Below are positions 38,055-50,000 of a stretch of 64,000 bases of DNA, piece by piece. The DNA comes from the human T2T-CHM13v2.0 reference genome, Homo sapiens. Both the position numbers and the translations under genes were made by a program. Location: NCBI RefSeq assembly GCF_009914755.1, contig NC_060942.1; one strand, 5' to 3'. The notes under the pieces were generated by a model that was given only the letters and a program-made list of their open reading frames with translations, did not search any database and was not told the origin of the DNA. How positions within the stretch are numbered: position 1 is the first letter of the stretch; each line of letters opens with the position of its first letter.

Positions 38055-39864
38055 CTGGTGCAGGTTCAGGGGCGCCCTCCTCACCACTGTCTTCGGCAGC
38101 CTCGTCGGCCAGGCCAGAGCCCGGGGAGTCAGCAGCGGCACAGGCGGAGCCAGGGCTGCTGGGCTGGGAGGCCGAGTCACCCTCACTGAGTGATCCGCAG
38201 CGGGCCCGCGCCGCCCTGTCCCCGTCACTGTCCCTCTCGCGGCGCGCGCGGCGATGCACGCGTGAGTGCAGCACCATCTGATGATAGGTGCGGAAGATCT
38301 TGCCGCACTCGAAGCACTCGGAGGACTTGCCCTGGCCGGTGGTGGCTGCGGCCCTGCGGTTGGGGCGCGCGGCCGAGCGGGGATCGAGGTGGCCGGCGGG
38401 CGCGGGGTCCCCAGGCCCGCTCGCGCGCTTCCGCGGGGGCCCCTGCGCGGCTGGTGCATCCTGCTCACGCTTGCGCTTCTCCTGGCTCACCAGGACGTAC
38501 TCGCGCCTGTCCTTGTCGAAGGCCACGTCCCCGGCCAGCGCCTCGTCCCAGGCCCCGTACTTGAGGTACTCGGCCGGCTCGGCCACCTTACCCCGCGTGG
38601 CCAGCTGCCAGGCCTGGTAGCTGTTGACCGGGTCCAGCTCAGCCACCCGCCGTCCGGCCTGCGTGCCAGGGCACGAGTCGCCGGCCGCCGACGGCCTCAG
38701 GTTCAGGCACTGGAGGAAGAACTGCTTGGTGTCCGAGGGCCCCTCCGCCCCCTCCTCGGCCGGGGCGCGCGTGCGGCTGGCCTCGACTCTGCGGTGGATG
38801 GCATTGTGGGCGTTCAAGCTGTCCAGGTTTGTAAACAGGTTCCCGCACTTGGCGCAGACCTCGTAGAGGCTCAGGCCGGCGACGATCACCTCCTCCTGGA
38901 CCACGTTGTTGATGGTGGCGATGGGGTCCAGCTCACTCTTGGGCCTGTTCTTGCTGCCCGTCTTGGGGCCGTGCGCCTTCATGTGGTTCTTGAGGAACCA
39001 GGGCTCCTTGAACCTACGGCCGCAGATGTGGCAGCCGTGGTCGAAGGAGCCCCGGTGCTTCTTCATGTGCGCCTTCAGGAACCAGGTCTGGCTGAAGGCC
39101 TGGCCACACACCTCGCACGGGAACTCCCCGGGGCTCAGCTCGGGCTTGCCGTTCTCCACGCAGGCCTCGCCGCTGCCGGGCCCCTGCGCGGTGATGTGGT
39201 CCCTCTCGATGTGGCTCAGCAGCGACTCCTCCCGCAGCGTCGCGTAGCTGCACAGCCTGCACTTGAACGGCTTGTGCGCCTGGTGCACGTGCAGCTCCAG
39301 GTCCTTCTTACGCTCGAACTGGCTCTTGCAGAAGGAGCACTGGACCGCTGCCTTGGCCTCCCCCGGGGCGCATGCGGACCCCTCTGCCCCCTTCTTGCTG
39401 CTCCGCAGCAGGACTCTGCCGCTGTCGGCCTGCGAGGCCCCGTTCAGGACCCTGGCGCCGTCGGCCTGCGAGGCCCCGTTCAGCAGCCGGTTGCAGGCCG
39501 AGGCGCTCTTGGTGGGGCTGGCGCAGGCGTCCAGGCCCTCGGAGGCGCGCATCTCACCCAGCGGCGCCTCGCCCGCCTCCGGCTCGTGTCCCTGAATCAG
39601 AGTCCCCGTGCGGTGGCTCCGGATGTGAATCTTCAGGTTGCCCTTCTGGGAAGCCCGGTGGTCGCAGTAGGGACACTTGTAGGGCTTCTCGCCCGTGTGC
39701 TTGCGCATGTGCTGCGAAAGCGAGCTCTGGAAGGGGAAGCTCTTGCCGCAGATGCAGCAGGTGTGGCAGGTAGCCTTGTCCCCATCCACCTCGTGGCCCC
39801 GGCCGGCCCTGGTGGGGCTGGGGCCTCGCCTCAGCTCCATCTCGGCCTCTCTGTTGCGATCCAT
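38055..39864 (-). CDS. ZNF516: ZNF516 first coding exon, coding part (MDRNREAEMELRRGPSP...PEPAP, 603 codons + 1 nt, phase-1 end); 8 C2H2 zinc fingers; CDS continues in exons outside the window
   Basis: ORF 37957..39984(-) contains eight C2H2 fingers (CCICGKSF..HMRKH, CPYCDH..HIRSH, CSFCKS..HVHQAH, CRLCSY..HIERDH, CEVCGQ..HMKKH, CHICGR..HMKAH, CAKCGN..HNAIH, CFECGK..HSRVH), a TGEKPY linker and the ZNF217-family motif YQAWQLATRGKV. N-terminus recognised as ZNF516. Donor CCAG|GTGAGC at 38055/38054. Confidence 0.96.
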
Positions 39865-39920
39865 CCGAAGGACGGGCGCGGCCGGTGGTGGCGGCACAGC
39901 TTTCTGTCGCGCGGGCTGCA
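38060..39920. promoter_or_regulatory. Intragenic CpG island coinciding with the coding exon
   Basis: Very high GC and CpG density relative to AT-rich flanks (visual estimate). Confidence 0.8.
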
Positions 39921-40021
39921 GGGACCGTCCTATCTCTCCATGGTCAGAAGAGCCAAAAGACGTGCCTGCTCCCAGGAGGTGCACCTTCTACATGGGGGGC
40001 GCAGCAGCTGGCAGCCAGCAC
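39865..40021 (-). other. ZNF516: 5'UTR part (157 nt) of the ZNF516 first coding exon
   Basis: Acceptor TGTTCCATCTCTGTTTCAG|GTGCTG with AG at 40023-40022, contiguous with the ATG at 39864. Confidence 0.88.
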
Positions 40022-40492
40022 CTGAAACAGAGATGGAACATCATCAGCAAAGCTCCTGGCTAAGAGGGCACAGGCATGGCTGCGGGAACCCCCACATGCT
40101 CCCCAAAACATACCCATCCAACCCACATTAAGAAAAGCGGCACCAACAACACTTCACACACAGGCGAGAGCAGCTGCTTGCCTTAGTAAAAAATCAGTAT
40201 CACTTAATTATCAATAATGAACTATGTTAAATGATTAACATAAATGTTAATGATTGTGCACCAAAATAATTTTCTTTTCCCAATAAGGTATCAAATCTTT
40301 AGGAGAGACTGTAGTACCAGAGTGTGTAGGAGTGTGAGGAATACCAGCTACTTAGCAAGACCATGTGGGAATTAGGGACAGAGGAAAGCAAGGTTTAGGA
40401 AAAGGGCAGGAATAAGAACAGGGGCCAAGTTCCTGGGCTGATGGAAGGTGAGCTGCACAGGTGGTGACAACAGTTGACGGCACTTCACACAC

Positions 40493-40700
40493 ACAGTCAC
40501 GTGCCACTTAGCCAATGGGATACGAGCTGAGAAATGCATTGTTAGGCGATTTCGTCCCTGTGCAGACATCCTACAGTGGACACACACACCCGCAAGATGG
40601 CACAGCCCGCAACACACCTAGGCTGTATGGTGAAGCCACAGCATCCTCCTAGTGAGGCTGGGTCTGCTCCTAGAGATTGTGCCCAAGCCTGAAAACAGTG
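40493..40700. mobile_element. Tigger3/Golem-like DNA transposon end fragment
   Basis: cagtcacgtgccacttag..gggatacgagctgagaaatgcattgttaggcgatttcgtc ... acacacctaggctgtatggt. Confidence 0.75.
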
Positions 40701-41718
40701 AGCATCAACCACCCTGCATGGCCGCCACCTACATGCCCATCCCACCCACCAGAGGGTGAGGAGGGCAGAGGCCCACTCCCTCCAGGCACACAGGCAAAGG
40801 GCAGCCTGCCAGAGAGTAGCTGTGTCCAGCACGGAACAGGCCCCCACCAAGGACGAGGGACGCATGAATCAAAATGCTTGTATCCAACCAAAGAGGCCTA
40901 CATGGTGCAAGGAGAAAAGCAACTCTTCAGTAAAAACAGGAATCCCACCTGACACAGGGTAAGTAAGGTAAAGCAGCAGAACGATGAGCCAGTTAGAAAG
41001 GATGTGAGAGATGTCGAGTCTCTCAGGTCAGCGTCTGAGTGTTCAAGAGGGAGGGGCTGCACAGACAACTCCCCGGGGACAGGCTCTGCTCATCTGCTCA
41101 TCTCTGCATAGAACAAATCCATTTCCTGCTTCCAAGGGTCCAGAGAGGGTCTCCCTTCTGGGGCCGGCTCCAGACCTGCACAGAGAGGCACCCAGATGGG
41201 CCATGTTCTGAAAACCCAAGTGATTTCGCATAGAAAGGAAGCGTGTTTGTATAAGCCTACAATCTCACACACACTAAGAACTCCTGCTTAAACATCTATA
41301 AAACCCAAAGCAGCTCCATATTTCCGGCTGGGAAGCACACAACACATTAACACACAGCTTCCATGAAAGATGACAGGGCCACCCACGAAAAGACCTGGGG
41401 TGGCAGCTCCCTGTTTGCTCCGAGTTTTGCAGCCTCCCAGGTTTTCATGGAAGCAGATGGGACACAGAAAAGAATACTGATAATAGACCTGAGGGGGTGA
41501 AGGGGCATGAGCTAAAAAATCAGTGTCGGTGTCAAGAGTGTCCCCATACCTCCCCCACGGGGGTCGGGGATTCTGAGCATTTTGTATTAATACTTCAACT
41601 CCCGAGGGCCCAGATAACAGCAAGACAGGAGCCTTCTGAAAAGACAGACCCCATGCTGTGCCCTCTCACAGGCAAATACAGCGCCAGGTAGAAACCTTAT
41701 CAAGAATTATAGGCTTCA

Positions 41719-42144
<426 letters not shown>

Positions 42145-44685
42145 TTAATGACCTTTTACTCCAAGCTAATTTAAATGATTTTGGTCTTGGCACTCATTGT
42201 GGATGGCTGTGTAATGATTTATGATGATTTTACAAGGCAAGTGATTCACAGGAAAGCCTCGTCCTTCCCCAGGCCCCAGTTCACTCCCCCACAAAAATGC
42301 TGAATCTGATATTCAAAGTATGAATGAAACACACTATTTATATCTAACTTAGTGACTGGATGTGGTATAAAAACCTTACAAGTGCGAACAATCATATAGA
42401 AAATACGTTTACAGGGAAGAAAAGAAAAACAACTAAAATCCTGGAAATTGGTGGCTCTGAAATAATTGTACAGACTCCCCTGGACCTCCAACGTTTGTCT
42501 ATAAAGGATGTTAAATGTCAAGACACTTCTCCAGTTCGAGAGAATTCAACTGCCAGAAGCCAGCTCCAAAGACAGGATTCACCCAGGAGGAGCCCAGGCC
42601 TGGTCAGGGCCGTTAGAGACAGCCCTCGAGTGCAGCATGAAGCAAAAGGAGATTTGTTCTGTGCAAAGACTCACACCAATCACCAAAACCCTGTGCTCTA
42701 GGGCTATCAGCTCCTGCCTTCTTTCAGAGCAGCAGCTCCTGGGGTCTGCGCCCAGAGAAGCGGCCTCTGTGCCAGCCAGCTGTGTGCCAGCAGCTGTGCA
42801 CCCGTCAGCGTGCAGGTCACAGGGTCATGGCCAACACAGGGCATTCAGCACAAAGTGCACACGTGCAGTTGGGAACCCTGGTCCCAGCCCTCATGCTCCC
42901 AGTCACCAGCCACATGCCTTTCTAGGCGTGTCCTTCACGCCCTCAACTCGTCCCCTCCTCTGTCAGGCACAGAGAAACAATAAGAAGAAGCCACATGTCA
43001 CCGAAGCCCCTTGCAAATGCCTCCTTCTATAAAATCCAGTGACCCCCTCAGAGCCCACAGCATCCAGACCCCAGGGACATCCAGGCAAACACACACCTGG
43101 CACTTAGGCCCCTCTTCTCATCCCAGGCAGCTTCCTACCCTGCAGGTACCCTTCCAGGAGTGCTGGGGAAATACAGACACTCTCGCTCGTGGATCACCAG
43201 AGCCCCCAAATACAGCCCCATCTAGCCCAGCTCAGCAGCACAGCCTCGGCATCCTGGGCCATGACCACGGCTGAGCGGAAGATGGCACAGTATCAAGGAG
43301 CATGGCCCTTGTACATCTGAAAGGCCTTTGTGCCAGCATCGGACCCATCCAATCCTTGCACAGCCTTGACTCCCAGGTACCCCCGCCCTAGCTAGAGCCT
43401 GAACCCTGGCCCTCAGGCACCCGGTGACTAGAGAATGCAGTCTCCATTTCCTTAAACTCACTTAAAAGCTTTCCCCGAAACTTGCAGAGCCCTGCAATTT
43501 ACAGGCAGACGTTCAAGGAGCAGCATCCACGATGCTCTGCGATCAACAAAGCAAGCTCTTCCTTCTTTCCTATTTCCTGCTCACTACCTCTCCGCCTGTC
43601 CCATCTTTCAAAAATAAGCCCTGCTGTAAATCCCTGTGAGAACTGCACAGGATGTGTTTTTAGACTTAAGAACATTGTGAAGGGAAAGATACATAAATGT
43701 AGAAATAGAAAAAGTGCTGAGACAGTAACCAAGTTAAGCCCAAACCGCCATTATCTGAAGGACACGTGAGCAAAGCTGCCTCTGCCCAGGGGTTGATTAA
43801 GTGATCCCCTCCTGATGTCCACAGTTGACTAGCAAAGTTTCTCAAACCTTAAAGAAACAGTCAAAAATTAATTCCCTGCAACGAACTCTCCTAAGGGGTT
43901 ACTCAGTGGCCAAATCAAAAGATCTCTGTAATCATTCTTTTTAGCTGCAGGCAAAAATTGCTATTTAAGACAAGGGCATCCCTTCCAAAAAAAGAACAAG
44001 AATGCTGTCCTCAGAGCTTCCAACTTCAAAACACGCCATGGGCGGCCGCCCCAATTAGGAGGATTATTGGGACGTCGGCGGCCCTGCTGGCACGACGGGC
44101 TGTGCTTTAAATCCCGCCAACCCCTGTAAGCCAGGAGGGTTTCGATGGGATGCCTCCTCCACCTTTATCCTGGTCCCTAGTGGGGCGTGCCTCACGTAGG
44201 AGCAGCGCCGTGTGATAAAGTGCTACCTACCTCAGTTCCAGCCGCAGACATTTCCGTCCTGGGCTGCTCTATTCCACTTTCTCAAACGCACGCCAAATAC
44301 AAGTTGTTCCAACTCTCCCTGTAACACACGGGCCTGGAGATAACCAGCCTTATAAAACTTGTGCATGTGAGCCTGCCACCCAAACCACAGGGAATACGGA
44401 AAGGTTCTGCAACAACACAGATGCTCAGAGCCAAGGTGGAGGGTACAGCATGTGTCCAGCTGACATGCAATATGGCGCCCACGCACCTCGGACGGCAGGG
44501 ACCCATCTGAACACATGGTGTGCCTGTGTGTTCAATCACAGATTTGTTGTTCTGGTAAGATGTATTACAAACTTTTTCCAAGGCTGGAACTGGGAACATG
44601 CCAGACAAAACCGTAATTTAATTGTTTAGGCATAAATATGACTTGCTGACTAGGGTTTTAAAGCAGATTTCCAATGGATCTCTTG

Positions 44686-44727
44686 CTGTATGTGAGTGTG
44701 TGTGAGTGTGTGTGTATGTGTGTGTGT
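44686..44727. repeat. Imperfect (TG)n microsatellite
   Basis: tgtatgtgagtgtgtgtgagtgtgtgtgtatgtgtgtgtgt. Confidence 0.8.
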
Positions 44728-45534
44728 TTCTCCAGAGATGTAATCAACAGTTCAAGGCCACTTTTTTTAAATGCCTTATATAATTTTTGAAATAAATTTT
44801 TTTATTTCATTTTGAAAAACTTAGGTAACAATCACATTTATTAAAAAACAGGAAGTAAAATGTTTGAAAAAACTGTTTACTCATAACATAAAAATACATT
44901 GTAACGGAGAAGGGGAGAGTCTGAAGAAAGGACAAAATATAAAGTAGAAAATATGTAGCTACATTTTAAAACTAACCATGTAAACATCAAAAACATCTAA
45001 AGACATATATATTAAGGCTGCTGCCATACCTTTGGATATTTTTCTTTTTCTTTTCCTTGTCTTTCTTTTTTTGCCTATATCATACAATTGAAATTAAATG
45101 ACTTTCTCCAGATTACTTACATTTGCTAAATTTGGGATACATTTACTCTGTAGGCCAGTATTTCAACTAATCAATCCCTTCTGTAAGTGAGGAAGAACTG
45201 CCTTTTTGACCTAATAATACAGAGCAGAAAAGTCACTTCCTGACACACGCCCCGGTAAGCTGGTGAAACACTTCCCGGTGTGAAGAAATGTGTACCCAGG
45301 GTTAACCCCACTGACACTACAGAAACTTCTTTAGAAACAAGCACTGCAAAGCCTTGATACAACACATACAGCCAGAAAGAAAACCATGTTCACAAAGCCA
45401 GGGGGTATGTACAGCGCAAACATAGCGGAAGCAGTCTCTGTCCACATCCCCGAGGAACTTCAGGTGACGGCAGGCTCCTTAGAGGTGTTCCAGTCCTAGG
45501 GCGGTGCGGTCAGGGGCTAACGAGGGTATCCCTG

Positions 45535-45650
45535 CAACAAGCACTTCCTGAGCACCTACCAAGTGCAAGGCCTCGTATCAGGAGCCAGAGAATCTAAGAT
45601 GACTCAAAAAAAGCACCCGGCTTCAAGGAACTCAAAGTCAGACAGGGAAG
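45535..45650 (-). mobile_element. L2 3'-end fragment
   Basis: caacaagcacttcctgagcacctaccaagtgcaaggc ... cttcaaggaactcaaagtc resembles the reverse of the L2 tail. Confidence 0.55.
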
Positions 45651-45879
45651 CATACTATTATCAAAGCGTGCTGGCAGCGCACCAGTAAGACAAGGAGAAG
45701 TTTCCAGAAGGCCAGGAGGGAAGCGATTCACTATATTTGCAAGGATTGGCCAGGTTTTCCCCTGGGAACCTGAGGCTCACCTGGGAACCACACTGGTGTG
45801 GCTTGAATTCTAAGTACTTTTCATGACCCAAGCACAAAACACCAGGTCCTCCCTGGCTCCTCCCTCCCCATCTCAGCAG

Positions 45880-46250
45880 TGCCCAGTAATAACCCCACAT
45901 CCTGTCGGCTGCACCTCCCAACTCACTCTTGAATCCATGTGCCCAAGTCAAGCCAAAGCCATCGTTCCAGAGCACAGATGGGGCCGGTCTCCACCAGTCT
46001 CCCAGCCCTTCAGAGGCTCCCCAAGTCTGCAAGATGAAGCCAAACTCTTCACCTTGGCTTCTCAGGGTCTGAACCCCATAGCTGCCCTGGACCCCGGTGT
46101 CTAGAGCCCTGAGCCCTACTCCGGCCCAACAGCCTCCCAAGTACCCATGCTCATGCTCTCCTCTGGCCCTCAGGCCTGCGTCCCTGCCCCACCTGTCATG
46201 AGGCTGACCAACCACCACCCAGGTACAGTACAGCCTTCCTGACCTCCTTC
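45880..46250 (+). mobile_element. L2 fragment
   Basis: cccttcagaggctcccc ... gatgaagccaaactcttcaccttggctt L2-like motifs; boundaries approximate. Confidence 0.5.
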
Positions 46251-46289
46251 AGCCAATGATAAGAGTCTGGTGACCCAACAAGTTGTGAG

Positions 46290-46490
46290 AGGCAGCCAGA
46301 CTACCTGGGATTAAAACCCAGTTCTGCCACTACCTGAGGTCAGCTGTGTGACCCTGAGCAAGTGTCTTAGCCTCTCTATTCCTCAGTCCATTTCTTCATC
46401 TTTAAAATGTAAATGATAGCAATGATATCTATTTTATCATACTCCAGTAAAATTTAAATTAATGCATACAAGCCACAATGTTTACTACAC
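46290..46490 (+). mobile_element. MIR
   Basis: cagactacctgggattaaaacccagttctgccact..gctgtgtgaccctgagcaagtgtcttagcctctct..ttcttcatctttaaaatg. Confidence 0.8.
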
Positions 46491-46804
46491 TGTAAATCTT
46501 CAATCCATCTTAGACGGGATTAATAAGTAATTGTTCAATAAGTGAATGAAATATCAGTGCAAAGGTACTTGGTCACTGGCAATGACAATACATGGTTTAA
46601 TAAATGCAAAAGGACAAAATAGCAGCTAGAAAGCTGGATTCAAAATAGCTAAATAGGAACACCTCTATATTCACTGGGCCCTTATGGTTTATACAACAAC
46701 AGGTTATTTAACACAATTAAAAAGTCTTTGACCAACACCTATAATCATCTACAACGAGCACATTCAAACATATTGTAGCTCCAGAACTCTTCGTAGAAAT
46801 TAAA

Positions 46805-47072
46805 CCTCAATATGGACTGGATATTACAGGATATTTGAGAACTACTGTTACTTGTGTTAAGCTGGTAATATAGGAGAGTGGTCTTATTCTTTGGAGATGT
46901 GTAATGAAATATTTAGAGTTGGTTTTTACCAAAGAGAAAGAGAGAGACGGAGAGAAGGCAAATGTACCAGAATGTTAACAACTCATGAAACTAAAGGGGG
47001 GGGGGGGTGTTTATTTCTAACTCTTTCCATTTTTCCAAATTTGGCAAACTTTTCCTAAAAGTTAAAAAAATA
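46805..47072 (+). mobile_element. Ancient L1ME 3'UTR fragment
   Basis: tatggactggatatta, cttattctttggagatg..tgaaatatttag, gcaaatgtaccagaatgttaacaa, A-rich end. Confidence 0.55.
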
Positions 47073-50000
47073 AATCCTACTTGCCACTCCAGTAACACAA
47101 AAGCAAAGCAGCTCTGAGGGACCTGGTAGGCCTCTTCCCCTATCTGCCCCTCCCCCTCCCCCACTCCCCACCCTCCCCAGGCCCCACAGAAGCTCCAGGG
47201 CTGTAATAAATGCAGGTTGGGAAACTACCTTTAGTTAACTCAAGTTTTCCAAAGAAAGTCAAAGAAAAATCGTCTGAATAATAGGAACCTGGTTCAATTG
47301 AAAAGCAGTGTTTTATTTTAAAAGATCGCTTTCTGATGTTTTAGAGGCTTGCCCAAAGCCATTAAAGAAACCCACCCACGGGCTCCAGTTGCAAAGCCTT
47401 CTGTGGCCAACACGAACTCTCCCGAACATCAGCCAAAATTCAGTGTATTCTGGCATTCTGAGTGTATTCTGGCATTCCTAACTATCCTTCCCAGCACTTG
47501 ACGAAGTAAAAAATCAGCAACGCGGTGCAGGTTTCCTCTTCCTTATTTTCAACAATAATGTTCTGACCAGTTAAATATGGCGTTATCAGGGAAAAACTGT
47601 AAAACATCTTACATTTTAAAATAATAACTATGTCTCTGAATCGACAGGAAATCTTGCCATTTTCTGCCTGTGAATTAAACCAGTACAAAACAAAAGCTGA
47701 ATGGTTGTGTACTGATTTCCCTACAACTACCGAAGTTGACCTTATTAAAACCTTATCCCGAAAAAGGCACCGGAAGGCTAACCAAATATGCTCTCGTATT
47801 TAGAGTCATTTCCTCAACAATCGAACGCTTAAAGTTGCGGAAACCAAGCAAAGCTGACTGGGAGACACCAGGGAGGAACAAAGGAGCGAGAGGAAAACTG
47901 AAAGTCCCGTTTCCTGCACCAAGTCCCCACAAGCAGCATGTGTCAGGGGAGGGAAGCAAAGCTGAAGTGGGTGCTGCTTTCCAAATGCCTATCTAGCTTG
48001 GCATTTTTTTCAGTTCTGGTTCATGAATTAACCTTATCGCGGTCCCGAAACAGCCCTGGCTCCCCCGACGCCATGTGGCTTTACTTATCCCCGTCTGCGT
48101 CCTCTCTGACCACCTTCCGGGGGCGGGGGGGGCACCGATGTCAGCCCGGGATGGATGTCCGCGGGTGCAGGGGGGTGACAGCCCGGTCCTGCGCACATCT
48201 CCGCTGACAGGGCATTCCTCAGGAGGGGCTGGAGTGAACGGGAGGAATTGGGGAGGGAGGGAAAACGCCAAAAAGCTCAAAGCAGACAGAATGCTTCCGA
48301 TATTTACAGGGCTGTCTGCAAAGGCGTATGATGGCTCCAAAAGGCAAATCATAAAATCTAAAAGAGCAACTACGCTGGTGCGTTTCTGAAGGACGACTCT
48401 CAGACACGGTTGGTCCCGGCCACAGCTACTACGGGGTCGGCGCAGAAGCCCGTGCGTGTGCTGAGTGGGTGCAAGGCCCAGTTGGTGTTTGAGTATACTG
48501 TGTGTGTTTGTTCTCCGGGAAACAATGAGACGGGCTTCACTAGTTACACTGTAGTATTATGAACCATGAATTAAAATACATCATTAACATCCTGGACAAG
48601 CTTATCTTACTACTGAGACAAAAAGCCTATTCTCTCAACAAATGGGGGAAAATTCCATCACAACAATGAAGAGTTCCTCTCCCTACAAACCATTCTGTAC
48701 ACCAGTAACAATTACAGGCTTATAGTCCCCAGACTGGGGTCCCGAAGAGCCCCATAAAGTGATGCATTCACTATTGGGAGAGTAAGTACGGCCGATGACA
48801 GGCCTGGAGGCGGCTGCTGTTCTCAGACCAATCAATAATCCATTATGAACCAGCTACATTTCCACTCTAAGAAGAAGAAATGAATAAAAGGCGACCAGAA
48901 TCGGCAGCATTCACAAGAAACTCCACCCACCTCCCCCACTAGGGGAAAAAGGACACAAAACGCCACTATCCCAGGGAGCAGCCGCCAGCAGCAACGCGGC
49001 CCCCTGACCACAACAGACCTGATGTGGGGGCAGCCAGAGAACAATGTGCTTAGGTCTTTCTGCTCAAAACATTTATTCTAGAGGTAAGTCTCCAGCCGGC
49101 TTTGTTCAGAAAACGAGGTAGAGTGAAGGAGAATGACAAAGCCCCATTTTCTAAAACAAAGGTTGTCTTTACATTACTTAGCACCCCCCAAATAAATCAA
49201 AGCAAGTGCCAGCATGCTAGTCCCCAAATGTAAGGAACTGTCCGTAATAAGGCTTTAGTACGCGAACTCTGATCCTTTAAGCACAGCCTTCTCCGGCTCT
49301 GCACCTCAGACCACGGGCTGGAGTCATCATGCTATTTATAGCCAAAATGCATATATGACCTAAATGTTATTCTTCCGCAAGTAGGTTACCTTTTATGCAG
49401 TTGTTTACCACAAACTGTCAAAAAACCCAAATTAATTCCTGGTCCAAGAGGAAAGAGAGAACTCCATCTTCCACCTAAGTTCAAATAGAAGAACATTTGC
49501 TAAGAGTAAAGACAGTATCACAATATATTCTCGAAGTCCCTTGAACATCACCAGTATGAAGCTGCCCGTGTGTCCTTTTACTGAAATATGACCTGGGGGA
49601 GGAGGGGCAGCTGAATACACAATCTAATTATGGATTACATTCAGAAAAGTCCAAGAAAAAATGAGGAAGGATACGGAAATTTTCTTTCCACAGTCCTTAC
49701 CATATCCTGGGAAATTCAAGATAGTTCTAGAGACTTTTTAATAAAGGAGTGTCCGTGTGAAAATGAAGAACAGGGGGTGGCTATTTTTATATCAGAAGGG
49801 AAGGAGCCTCGTTCCCTTTCTTTTGCTCTCCAAAATTATTGCATTACTGTTACTTGTCATTTACTATTTACTATTTTCCAAGTCTTAATACTAAGTAGTT
49901 GCTTTGCCAATCACTAAAAAAGTAAACTTCACAGAACTAAAAAATAACAGGATCCAGAGCCTGCTCCATAATTTTCTGCAGATAAATGTGCTGTTTAGAG

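Noticed and set aside
39865-39984. 40-aa N-terminal extension in the ORF track (MHLLGAG...)
   Set aside because: It starts at a GTG chosen by the ORF caller; the first in-frame ATG is at 39864.
38266-40131. 621-aa plus-strand ORF overlapping the ZNF516 exon
   Set aside because: It is codon-aligned antisense to a GC3-rich CDS, stays open because the sense frame avoids TTA/CTA/TCA, and has no domain features.
44170-44192. Possible CTCF site in a CpG-rich patch
   Set aside because: About four mismatches to the core consensus; not supportable by eye.
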